Shown here one piece after another: positions 28,759-40,385 of a DNA stretch of 64,000 nucleotides. The stretch's first letter is position 1. Every line of letters begins with the position of its first letter. The stretch is from the human T2T-CHM13v2.0 reference genome, Homo sapiens. The notes under the pieces are model-generated. The model did not search any database. It was not told the DNA's origin and worked only from the letters and a program-made list of their open reading frames with translations. The stretch is taken from the NCBI RefSeq assembly GCF_009914755.1, contig NC_060929.1. One strand, given 5' to 3'. The position numbers were made by a program, and so were the translations under genes.

Positions 28759-30337
28759 AAGAATACCAAGGCAAAAGTCAAAATTCCTTTCGTTAAAGAA
28801 CTTATGTTTTTGTCAGAAAAATAAACATGCAGAGAGATAGTAACTGTTCAGTATGACTCATAAAAAAATAAAAGTAATATTGGAATAATACAAAGCAAAG
28901 AATAATTACCTATGTATGGTGATCAAGGCAAAAGAATCATAGAATTTATATAGACCTATTATGAAAATTCTGAACTCCAGCCTGACTATTCCTGGCATGA
29001 TGCACTATCCTTTCTTTGAACTCCAGCTCAATCTGGTTCATACACTCCCTGGATGACAGGCCAATCAAAAAAAATAGTAGGGGATTCTAATTTGATTCTG
29101 GATTCTGGATGCTGAGGATAATCAGCTGCCTGGATTCTCCTTTTAGACTGGCATGGCCTTAGACCATAAGGACAATGAACACTCTGGTCTAATGATTTTA
29201 GACCAGGAGGACACTACCCCTAAAATGTCTCAGCAGGTCAAAGTTGGGATACTTTGGATCTCTGTAAGTTTTATAACAATGTTCTCTCCTTCTAATATCT
29301 CACATTTCTGGATCAAATGTCTGAGCATAAGGAGGCGAGGTTTGGAAAGTGGTAACGTTATTACTACTTGAAGAAGACAGGACAATTTGTGACACTGGAG
29401 GAACAGCAACAATCCAGGAAATGAGAAAGGGAACATCTTATATCCTGGAATGTTCAGAGGAAAGAGAAGCTTCCCACTTGGAGCCTTCCCCAGGGAAAGA
29501 ATAAAAGCCCCAGTGAAGGTCTCCCAAACTGTTGACAGTATGTTAAATTTAACTGGCTGACAGGGTTTACCATGCCCCACTAGATAGCTCTGACTACAAT
29601 TTGCTCACCATTTTTCTCACTAAGAAATCCATCAGCAACTGCAGGTAAGGCCCCAGCTCCTGCACCTTCCTTGCAAAATACACATTAATACCTCTTGATG
29701 TCTCCCGGCCAGTCTCAATCATTCCATGGGGCACACCAATGCAACCTGGCAAGGTGTAAAAAAAAAAAAAAACAGAAAAGATTGAACTGATGGTTCTTGG
29801 TCATTCCTTCCAAAGGCTCAATTATTCAGACTGAACTGGGAACCCAAAGGCTTATCAGTGAGCCAGAAAGCCACGCTGGAAGCACTGTCAACCTACGTCC
29901 TACGTCTCACATAGGTCCCACTTGGGAGGGCTTCAACCAATAGAAACAGTGCTTCCTTTCCAAAGGCTCTGTGTGTGCCCCCAGAATCATACTTCTTGTA
30001 ACTGACCCTTGGTGGAAGATAATTAGCTCAGTTTGAACTTGTTAAGGTTTGGGAGTCTGTGAAACAGACTGGAGAGATCCAAAAGCTTCTTGACACTCAG
30101 CAAAAAGAATGAAGCGCATGTCACACTTTTTCCTACCTCTCTCCCTTCTACCTACTGTTCTCATCCTCTCTGAAAAAGCATTTTCTTCATTGAATTTCCA
30201 TAATTAGCTCCTTTTATAACTCGTTTTTCATTTCTCCATTACTTGTAAAATATCCATTAGATGATTACCCACGTATGTATGCACACTCACTCACACGTAT
30301 GTACAAAATCATAAATGTATTTGACAGAGTGATTTAT

Positions 30338-30510
30338 ATCCTTGCTGCTCAAGGTGTAGTCCATGGACTGCAGCGTTCATGTCACTTGGGGCTTGGGTAC
30401 AATTGCAGAATCTCAGGCCCCACACCAGGCCTTCTAAGTAAGAATCTGGGCCTTAATGAAATCCCCCAAAGATTTGTATGCACAATGATATTTGAGAAGC
30501 ATTGTTCTAG
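30338..30510. mobile_element. MER5A (hAT-Charlie) DNA transposon
   Basis: CTCAAGGTGTAGTCCATGGAC...TGCAGAATCTCAGGCCCCACACCAG...TTTGAGAAGCATTG. Confidence 0.85.
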
Positions 30511-30779
30511 ATTATTATTCTTAATCAAATATGGGCACACAGAGGGGGAAAATACATATCAAAATAAATATATCTAACTTATATGCATATAATAGGTTTT
30601 TTCTAATAACTTTCTAAAATATAATGATCTAACTCAAATAAAAGGAGAGGTATATGATAAGGCTGAGTTGGAAAGATTGCTGTGCACATGGTTAATCCTG
30701 GACATGTATTTAGTAAACACTGGTTAAACAGATGACTTGTGAAGTTCCAACTCAATAATTCTGTAAATGATAATATAAT

Positions 30780-30990
30780 AAAGAGAGTTGGACTGAAAGT
30801 CAGGAGATGTGGATTAAAGTCAGGCCTTAGTTTAGCCCGCTATGGGATCTGGGGACTTGCAGTTAACATTTCTGAACCACTTTCCTCCTCAGTACAATGC
30901 CAAGCCTTCTCTCCTTACTCCGCAGTGTTGGTGTCAGAATCAAATACAATATTACATAGCATAGTAGTTGTGAATTATAAAGCAAAAGTG
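30780..30990 (+). mobile_element. MIR fragment
   Basis: GGACTGAAAGTCAGGAGATG...TTAACATTTCTGAACCACTTTCCTC. Confidence 0.55.
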
Positions 30991-31189
30991 TAGTGGTATT
31001 GTTTTAGGCTAGCTTCTACATATGTAATTATACAGAGACATGTACTGTTGTATATTCATCCACCAGAACGCCTAAAATAAGTAAGTCATGCCTATTTTTA
31101 AATTCTGTATTTCTGTATCTAATGATATCCATTATAGAGGCTTCATGTATTACAAATTCATTTCAGATAAAAGGAAAATATAAGGATTA

Positions 31190-31440
31190 AAAACACTTAC
31201 TGACTGCTCACTAAGAAAATGCCTTGACCTAAATTCTTTACATACACGAATTTATTTAGTTTCCTAAAGCAAACCCATGAGGCAAAAACTATTGTTATCA
31301 GGCCCATTTAACAGACAAGGAGACTGAGGGGCAAAAAGTTTTAATAACTTGTCCAAAATCACCTAATTATTAAGTGGCATAGCCAAGTTGTGGTTAAGCA
31401 TTCTGGTCCCACAGCCCATGCTCCTACCTACAGTGCTATA
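31190..31440 (-). mobile_element. MIR SINE
   Basis: CCCATTTAACAGACAAGGAGACTGAGG...TAACTTGTCCAAAATCAC antisense MIR core. Confidence 0.75.
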
Positions 31441-31444
31441 CAAG

Positions 31445-31750
31445 CCAACCATTCATTCATTCCTGCATTCTACAAATCTTTATTAAGCACCTACCATCTG
31501 TCGGGCCCTGTTCAAGGTGCTGAAAATACAGAGAGAAACAAAATACACATTCATGTCCTTGTGGAACTTACATTCCGGTGGCAGAAAACAATGAAAAAGT
31601 GACCAAATAATGTATAATTACAAATCATGTAAAATTCTATGAAGTCAAGGAATGGAATGCAGTAAGAAAGAAAACTAGAATAGGGTAGAGCTTAGATTAG
31701 ATTTGGAAGGACTCTCTAATGAGGTAACGTTTAAATTGAGATTCAAAAAT
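31445..31750 (-). mobile_element. L2 3' end
   Basis: CATTCATTCATTCC tail, TTTATTAAGCACCTACCATCTGTCGGGCCCTGTTCAAGGTGCTG. Confidence 0.8.
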
Positions 31751-32351
31751 GCTTTCTAATGATTAAAAAAAGCAAAACCATAAATGCATACATAAGCATT
31801 GCCACAGTAAACATAATAGCCTACTTATAATGGATGGTATTTGAAAATCTGGAGGATGCAAAATTATGTCAAAAACTATTATTGACCCATTACATGTAAG
31901 GAATCCACGTCGGAAATCACACCCTAACTTTTTTCCCCAACTTTCTCTTCATCCTTTGCTGTAAAAACCAAATAGGAAAAAAGGATTGATTTATCTACAT
32001 TATCTTTCTAATCTCCCAGGGAAGGCACAAGCCTCTTGACTCTCCTGCCCTCCCCTGTGGAATATACCTTGTTATAGAAATACATGTGTACTATTGTCCT
32101 GCAAGAAGAGAAAGGAAACAATATGAAGCCACTTCCAACCAAAGAATATTTGTCTCCCTCACAAAGACTTTGATTTGTACACATGCAAAAGAGAGCTGTC
32201 TATATTCTTTGATGTGAGCAATTTATGGTATTCATTTACTATGAAATTGAAAAAGGAAAAAATTAAACATGGTTGATGACTTTTGTCCATAGAAGAGAAG
32301 GTAAATTGTTTGATGACTCTTAGTTTAGCTTAGAGCTCTTTAAGAAAAGAA

Positions 32352-32472
32352 TACACACCAACGCACACACAGAAGAGACAAATACACACAGACACAGATA
32401 CACATGCACGTGTGCACACTTAAACCTACAAGTGTGTATGTATTACACATATATATATTATGTGTGTATATA
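32352..32472. repeat. (CA)/(TA) degenerate simple repeat
   Basis: Direct reading. Confidence 0.7.
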
Positions 32473-32867
32473 TTGCTTTATCTTACTCTTCTTTCTATAA
32501 TTCTATAAATCCTGAAGTGAAACTATGGAAAAGATGGTGATATGGAGAAGTTTGGCTTATTTATTCTTTTATTCACCTTTGTAAAAAAACAAGTTTCCCA
32601 CTGCATAAGTGGACTTGAGAGAATATTGTTGCCTTTAAAGGTGGTAATATTGTTCTCATGGGGAGGTTCAAGGTGAGAGCATATTGGGGCAAAGTGGTTC
32701 ACTTGCAAAACTGGTTTGAAACAACAATCATGTTTATACATCAAATATAAAATGCATGTACATAAAATATAGAATTATACAAACATATACTTATATGTTC
32801 ATATCTATGTATTGTGTATATACATACATATGCATGTACATGTATGAATATATGAGATGTTTTATAT

Positions 32868-33015
32868 AATTTCAAGTTTTATTTTAGATTAAGGGGTACA
32901 CATGCAGGTTTGTGACATGGGTATATTGCATGATGCTGAGGTTTTGGGTACAAATGATCTTGTGCATAGTACCCAATAGGTGGTTTTTCAGCCCATACCC
33001 TCTCTCCCTCCCCTT
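32868..33015 (-). mobile_element. L1PA15/16-like 3' end fragment
   Basis: TTTTATTTTAGATTAAGGGGTACACATGCAGGTTTGTGACATGGGTATATTGCATGATGCTGAGGTTTTGGG. Confidence 0.85.
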
Positions 33016-33183
33016 TACATATGAAATTTAAAGAAGAAGCAGTGCTATGTCCCTTTTCCAATGGGATGTCATCCAATTATCACCCAGACTAGCCTTAATC
33101 TTATGAATTGAAAGTTTCTATTTTGAATGCTAATTTTGAAGAGAGAATTTTTGAATTAATTGACTTCATTTTTTTAGAGCAGT

Positions 33184-33668
33184 TGATGGATTCAGGACAT
33201 GCTATCCCAAAACTGGCGCCTTGGCATTTGAGAAAACAGCAGAAGCAGGAAGGTCTCTCTGACCTTTTCCTTCCCTTCTTCCCTGAAGCAGGCCATAAAG
33301 GAAATATCTGACCTTCCTCTAAGTAGGTGATAGACCCTCATTCAAGAGGTGCCCACTGTATACTAGAGGAAGGGAATGTCACACAAGGACACAGGGAAAA
33401 ATCTGAATAAACAGGCCTTGCTAAATTCAGCCTAGTTATTACCATTCGAACACACTCACTCGTCCTCTAATCATACTTCTGCATGGCTGTCCATAAAAAT
33501 ACAGTTTCCCCTGTTGTTTCGTGGGGTTTTCAATTCTGAAGGCTTCTATGTCACACAGAACTTATATTAAATACATTTGTATGCCTTTTTCTTGTAAATC
33601 TGCCAGTTGTTATAGGGATCTCAGCCATGAACCCAGTAATGGGTAAGAAAAGTCTTTTCTCCCCTACA
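33184..33668 (+). mobile_element. ERV1 (MER4-group, LTR54-like) solo LTR
   Basis: TG...CA termini (TGATGGATTCAGGACATGCTATCCCAAAA ... CTCCCCTACA); 4-bp TSD cagt at 33180-33183 and 33669-33672. Confidence 0.85.
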
Positions 33669-34245
33669 CAGTTTTAAGTTGACAGAAAAACTGAACAGAA
33701 AAAACAGAGTTCTCATATATCTCCCCCACCCCTTCACACACACAGTTGCCCCACTATTAACATATTGCATTAGCGTAATACATTTGTTATAATTTATAAG
33801 CCAATATTGATACATTATTATTAACTAAAGTCCATAGGATTCAGGTTGTATGTATAATGCAATAGTCCACCATTCCAGTATCATACAGGGTAGTTACACT
33901 GTCCTCGAATTCATCTGTGCTTCATCCTATTCGTCTCTCCTCCTCAGCCCTCCCACCCCTGTCCCTGCAAACTACTGGTCTTACTCTGTCTCTGTAGCTA
34001 TGCCTTTCTCGGGATATCAAATAGGAGAAATCATACAGTATATAGTCTTTTCAGGCTGACTTCTTTCACTTAGCGACATTCATTTAAGTTTCCTCTTTGC
34101 CTTTTCATAGCTTCATAGCTCATTTCTTTTTATCACTGAATAGTATTTCATTGTATGGACATAACAAGTTGACGACCCTATTCACCTATGGAAGAACATC
34201 TTATCTCCTTACAAGCTTTGGACATTATCAATAAAGCTGCAGAAG
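33669..34245 (-). mobile_element. L1MC1-type 3' end (first bases at 33168-33183, split by the LTR)
   Basis: TTTTTAGAGCAGT|TTTAAGTTGACAGAAAAACTGAACAG...AGAGTTCTCATAT, homologous to the 24760 copy. Confidence 0.85.
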
Positions 34246-37200
34246 AGAGAATTTTTAAAAATCTATCTCTACCTCTTCTTTCCTAAGGATCCTAATTTCT
34301 AGAAAAGTCAACCTACTGGAAATCCCTCTAGAGTTGTGCTGTTGCTCATGTATTTTAAACCATGGCAAGGAAAAAGCATGGAATTTTAACAGTGGCCGTA
34401 ACCTTCACAGAACACACACACAAAATTTTTTTAATGTTCAGCTGATACTGAGGAACTTGAGTATACACACAAATATTTCTATCTAAATGTTATTAGATTA
34501 CCTAAGCAACTTATATTTTCTTTCTTCTCAGGAAATGTATAAAGACGTTCCATAACCTGAAAAAAATACTATGAATATCATATACACATGTGCTCATTTG
34601 TCATAAATGCATGTGCAATGGTTCTGTTTGCAGAGAGGAAAGGTACTTTTCTCTAAAAATCTATCTATTTGTGAAAAAATGTAATAAAACATATTTGATT
34701 TATTACATCCAACTTACTAGTTTCCACAAATTAATTATATCAATGTCTAGGACTGGAATTCAAGCTAATAATTCTACATCATTAGAATTTCATTTATAAC
34801 GTATTGACAGCCTCGATTCCTTATCTTGTTCAAGGAAGTTCAAACTAAGGCCTCATTATCTATTATTGATAGCTATCAATAAAATAACATTATTGTATCA
34901 TGTAAGTCTTATATTGATTTTTAACCCAATGTCAGCTACACTGAAAATATAAGTTCTATATTAAATGGACAGATCCCTTCCTGCCCAATAAACGTGGAAA
35001 CAAGACAAGGGAAGCCCAATTATTGAGCAAGCGTAGGGAGGCGGACGATGCGTGCCTTTACTGATTGTCTAACCACACCAGACACAGAGCAGCATCTTTG
35101 CTCCTGGCCATGTGCCTCCTCCGAGCACCTGAGGCTGACCTCATTTAGTGCTGTGCAAAACCCAGGAGGCAGGCACAAGGCTGCCCTTTTGCACTGGTGT
35201 GGGTCATCCTTAGTCCCTCCATAATGAATGATTTAGCTCAGCCTCCATTTGTCACCAAGCTGCTCTTCACGTAGGTCCCCTTAGCCTGGATCTAAATGCT
35301 GCCACAAGCTTTATCATATCACATTGCTTTTCACTTAAAATAATGTCTGCATCATTTCATTACTAAACCACATATAAATCATTTTTATCCCAAGTCTACT
35401 CCATGGTATCACTTAATATTATTCCAACAATTTTGTGCCTTTTTCCCCCTTCTGATTTCTAGCCAAAAAAACTGCTCTACTTCCAAAGCTGACATCAAGG
35501 ACCTTCCTGCCTAGAATCTGAATTACCACTACTAAATCTCCTGAACTTATCCCCAAAGTGTCCATTCTAAAATGGCTAACTTTTTACTCCCATATATAAA
35601 ATCCTTACACAAATATCCACTTATGTGTCTGTGTTTTTTGAAATATGCCTTGGTTTTGACTTCACTTTTGTTACGTTTTTATTTCTGCTTTTGTCTTCTC
35701 TTTGTGTGCCTCTCTTTTTTTTAATAGAGGCAAGATAAAAAATTATCACTTATGCGAGAGTTGCTTTTCCTTTTAACTTCTCCTTAAACAACAGGTGAGC
35801 TCTTTCAAGGCCTGTCCTGCCAGCAGGTGGGTACTGTTCTTCAGCATTCTTCACCTTATCCAGGTATAATGGGGTAGTACCAGATAGTAGAGAAGGCCAA
35901 AGTTAAATGTTTTATTTCATTTTATGAAGGCTAAAGGGTGCTAAAGAATTCAAACGTTAACAGATTTTGAATAACAAATTGGTAACTCAAAAGCAGCATT
36001 TTGGGGAAATTGATCTCCATAATTCCTTCTCTCTAGGTTTTATTATTAGCTTAGTACGGGTCAAAGGCCATAATCTTTTCTCATCACTAATCCCTTAAAT
36101 TAAGATTTTTCTTATGATTTTTCTATATAAGAACAAAAGTGTTTTCTCAAGAGAAATGACAACAGTAAGCTGCTGTTGATAAACAGAAGTTTATACACAA
36201 CCTGGCAATGAAATATCTCCCATGTGGGAGATATCATAACCACAAGTTGGAATACTGATCATGGTAAAAAAAAAAAAATATTTAAATATGAAAGTATAAA
36301 TGTCTATCTTGATGTATGCTGCATAAAAACATAGAACAAACCCATTCCAAAAGCCCATCACAGAAAATGTTATATGAGAGAAAGAAGAAGGAATAAGAAT
36401 GGGAAAAGGAAAGTGATTTTAAATGCAATTTTGTACTTTAGAAACTAATTTCTTACTCTGAGAAATCAGAAGACAGATTTCCATGCTGTGTTATAAAAAC
36501 ATAAGTAGAGAGGACAAGTTTTGCATTTTAGTAATTGGAAATTGTGGTCCACTTCTTTATTTGAGGGGATGATGAATTCTCTCCTTGATTCAAATGGCAG
36601 CTTGACAAAAGAAACTATTAAAACTATTTACAGAAGAAGTTTGAACCTATAGAAGTGCAAGAAAAAAGAAATGATGATCTCATATTGTAATCCTTCACAG
36701 ATTATGAAAACATAGCATTTAAAGATCTAATGTTTATAAAAGTATATTTTCCATTGACAATTACTTTGCAACATTGATATGTATTGAATCATTTTGTGGT
36801 CGATACTGCATGTTAACAAGAAAAGGAAGCAAAGGCAAATGGCTCTGAAATTAATTATCAGCAACAGGAAGGCAAACATTTTCCCAACAGACATTGAAGG
36901 GACACACTTTCCTCCTCCCTATATCCCAGTTTGGAGCATCCCTTAAAACCAGGTTGGTGCTTTGAACACTCACAATGACCATGTCTGAAGAGCACCTTTA
37001 GTGATCAGGCTAAGCCCTAATGATGGTTGCTGCTTTGCCCTTATTGGAAAAATGAAAGTTTGCAGGAGTACAAAGTTACATGGCTGTGTAGGCCCAAACC
37101 TATCTCACTAAAAAGCCCCAAACCTCAACTCTGGACAATTATCCTTATTCCCATCCTTTTTAACAAAGTTATTCAAAGAAGTAAAAGGCCTTTCTTGGCT

Positions 37201-37259
37201 TCTCCAGTCTATTCACCCTTTCAACTACTTTTCATGTTTAGCTCCTTTTACCAATTAGG

Positions 37260-38490
37260 GTCATATACTTCTTAATATTTTCTTGAGGTTATATAGAACT
37301 ACACACGAACACACACACAAATATGAAAGAACTGTCATCATACTGCACATTTTTTCACTCATCAATATAGCACAAATTTTTTTCATGTTATTACATATAA
37401 CTCTACCTTATTCTTTTTGATGGCTACATAAAGCCCTTTGTAAAGATTTATTCCACCATTTTCTTATTAACAGACATTCGTGTTTGCAATAAGCACACAC
37501 ATATGCTTTTGAACCATTGCTATAAGAAGGATTCCTCAAAATGATATTTCTAGGTTATAAGAAATGAGCACTTAAAATGTTAATAGCTATTACCAAACTA
37601 ATCTCCAAAGGTCTTGCAAATTTACTTTAATACTGTAGGGAATGAGAAGGTCACATTCATGCCACAGATCAGCCCAGTATAGCACAGCACACAAAGTTTT
37701 TCATTTTCTTCATATTATCCCAGTCTAAAAGCCAAAAAGGGATGTCATGTTTTTATTTTCATTGTTTTTATTAATACTGAGATTGAGAACTTCCTATCTG
37801 TTTATAGGTCATGTCTAGTTCTTCATCTCCGAATTGCCTATTCATATTCTTTGTCCATTTTTATGTTACATGGTTATTGTTTTTTCTTAACGTAGTGAAG
37901 GAACTCTTTAAATATTAGGAATATTTGCTATACATACTTATTATATATGGGACAAATATTTTCACATTAGCTGTTTGTGTTTTAACTTTTCATTTGCTGT
38001 CCTTTAGAGAATTTAGAATTTTAACAAACTCAAATCTGCCCATGATGTTTTCTTTATGGGGTCTGATTTCCATGTCTTACTTAAGAATGCTACTCCAAGC
38101 TTATAAACATTTTCTACAAGCTTATAAACATCTACAAAATACTTTGTAGATTTTACATTTAGACTTTTATCTATCTGTAGCTTGTCCTTTTCATATGGTG
38201 TGAGGGAGGAATCTAATTTTGTGTTCTGCTTTTGAATACCCAATTGTCCAAACCTCTCATGGATTTGAAATACTCTGCTTAACAAATACTACACTCCCTT
38301 ATGTAGGGATTTGGTTTTGGCCATTGTCTACTTGGGTTCCATTGATCTGCCTGTCTATCTTTTGATATCATCTTGTTTCATTGAAGCAATTTTTATCTTT
38401 CAATATCACTGTACATACCTCATCATTATTAATTCTGTTGGATTTTTTCATATGAAATTTAATATCAACTCTTTAGATACTGATTAGGAT
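37260..38490 (-). mobile_element. Ancient L1ME-like LINE fragments
   Basis: GAATTGCCTATTCATATTCTTTGTCCATTT, TATGGTGTGAGGGAGGAATCTAATTT and TTCCATTGATCTGCCTGTCTAT antisense L1 motifs. Confidence 0.7.
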
Positions 38491-38494
38491 TGAA

Positions 38495-38528
38495 ATATAT
38501 ATATATATAAAATATATATATATATATC
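38495..38528. repeat. (TA)n microsatellite
   Basis: Direct reading. Confidence 0.85.
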
Positions 38529-38529
38529 T

Positions 38530-38836
38530 TTGTTTTTATGTATTTATTTATTTTGATACAGGGTCTTGCTTTGGCACCCAGGCTAGAGTGCAATGGCACA
38601 ATCATAACTCACTGCAGCCTCAACTTCCTGGGTTCCAGCTACCCTCCTGACTCAGCCACCTAAATAGCTAGGACCACAGGCATGCACCACCACACTCAGC
38701 TAATTTTTTTTTTTCAGTAGAGATGAAGTCTTGCTGTGTTTCCCAGGCTAGACTTGAACTCCTGGGCTCAAGTGATCCTCCTACCTTGGCCCCTCAAAGT
38801 GCTAGGATTACAGGTTTGAGCCACCACACCCAGCCA
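38530..38836 (-). mobile_element. AluJ SINE
   Basis: CAGGGTCTTGCT, CACTGCAGCCTCAACTTCCTGGG and GAACTCCTGGGCTCAAGTGATCCTCC J diagnostics. Confidence 0.94.
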
Positions 38837-40254
38837 ATATTGAATTTTATTTTATATTCATTTACTAAAAATTAACATCTTCTTATTATTAATTATTCCT
38901 ACCCAGGGAAGATTCTTCAAACTTCATTTTATGTAAGACAAAAATGTTTTTAAACATATTTTTATGGGTCCTGAAGGACAAGCATTGATGAGAGTAAATT
39001 TTAAGTCAACTCTCTAACACAGCAGGATATAATTATAAAGAAACTATGAAGCTAACTTTATGAATCTGTTAAATCTAGACTTTGCTCTAAATGAGGAGAA
39101 ACGTCTGTCATTTTCGGGACTATGTTTTTTTCTTTTCTAACACTGCTTTTGCTTTTGTCCCCCTGGGGGTGAAAATGCTGGACTAAATTCAGCATGAATA
39201 AAGATTTGGTCACAGAGATCATCAAAAGAATTGAGGATGTGTCATTAGAGACAGGCTCAGTTTAACTCAGGTTGCAACAATGAATGGTTTCCTCCTCTCT
39301 GCCCAGTGAATGGGATGACCTGGTGCAATGAGCTCAATACATGAGCAATGGTGTGAAAAGACAGAGCACTTTGTCACCTTTCCTTATGACCCCCTTAACC
39401 CTGTTGCTGAGACTATCAACCAGGGAGACAATTAGTAACAGTTACATTCTAGTCTTGTGACATGGACAGCTATTCACCAGGAAAGAGACCAATTCATTTC
39501 ATCCAGGTCGCTGAAGAATCGCTGGATCATAAAGACTTTTAGTCACTGCCAAACTGAACTACATTTGAACCACCGGACCTAGTTGTGTGACTCCATCGAT
39601 CACTGCCATTCCAACTGGTCACCCATAAAGACATTGCATTAAATACAATAGCCCCCAAGATGATTTATAAGTTGTCTTCTAAATACAAGTATATGTCTTA
39701 GATATGGGGAAAAAATTATACAGAAGGGATGTATAGATATTTTTATGTCTCCTACCTCTTCATTCTAATATGTCTTATTGAATGCATCATTATTTACTGC
39801 ATGCAGTTATAAAGCTTAAGTCACAGGTAGTCCTTATTTCTCTTCTATCTCAGTTTCTCTTGGCTCATACACTGCTTACTTCACATAAATACTATAGAAC
39901 ATAGGGAAAAAAGGATCCAAGGTTTAAAAGCGTACCATGACTGTCTTACAAAAGACAGAGGTTTGTAATATCCAAAGGTCTAAGTTACAAAACCTTTTAT
40001 AACTGGCCGTTTTTCTCCTCTTCAGACCTAGATAAAAGTTTAGTGAATTGGTTAATTGTCCACCTAGAGTGGACAATAAAAGATGGTGGTTGTATAAAAT
40101 AATAGAAGCCTGAAGAGTTTCAGATGCTGTGTGGGGCTGGCAGAGTGCTTAGTCTGGATACTGGCTATGCCTTATAAATAAAATATGAGGTCTGAATGGG
40201 ATAAATTTTCTGAGCCATTCTTGAGAAATAACCAGTGTTTCATCACCTTTAACA

Positions 40255-40385
40255 TTGTTTTTTTGTTTTGTTTTGTTTTGTTTTGCCAACCAACACAAAT
40301 GAAGATAAACCAATCTTCTAGGTTAAAGAAAAGAACAAGTTGTTTTTTTTTGTTGTTGTTGTTTGTTTTTGTTTTTGTTTTTTGC
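40255..40385. repeat. (TTTTG)n / (TTG)n simple repeats
   Basis: Two T/G-rich runs at about 40255-40285 and 40340-40385. Confidence 0.75.
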
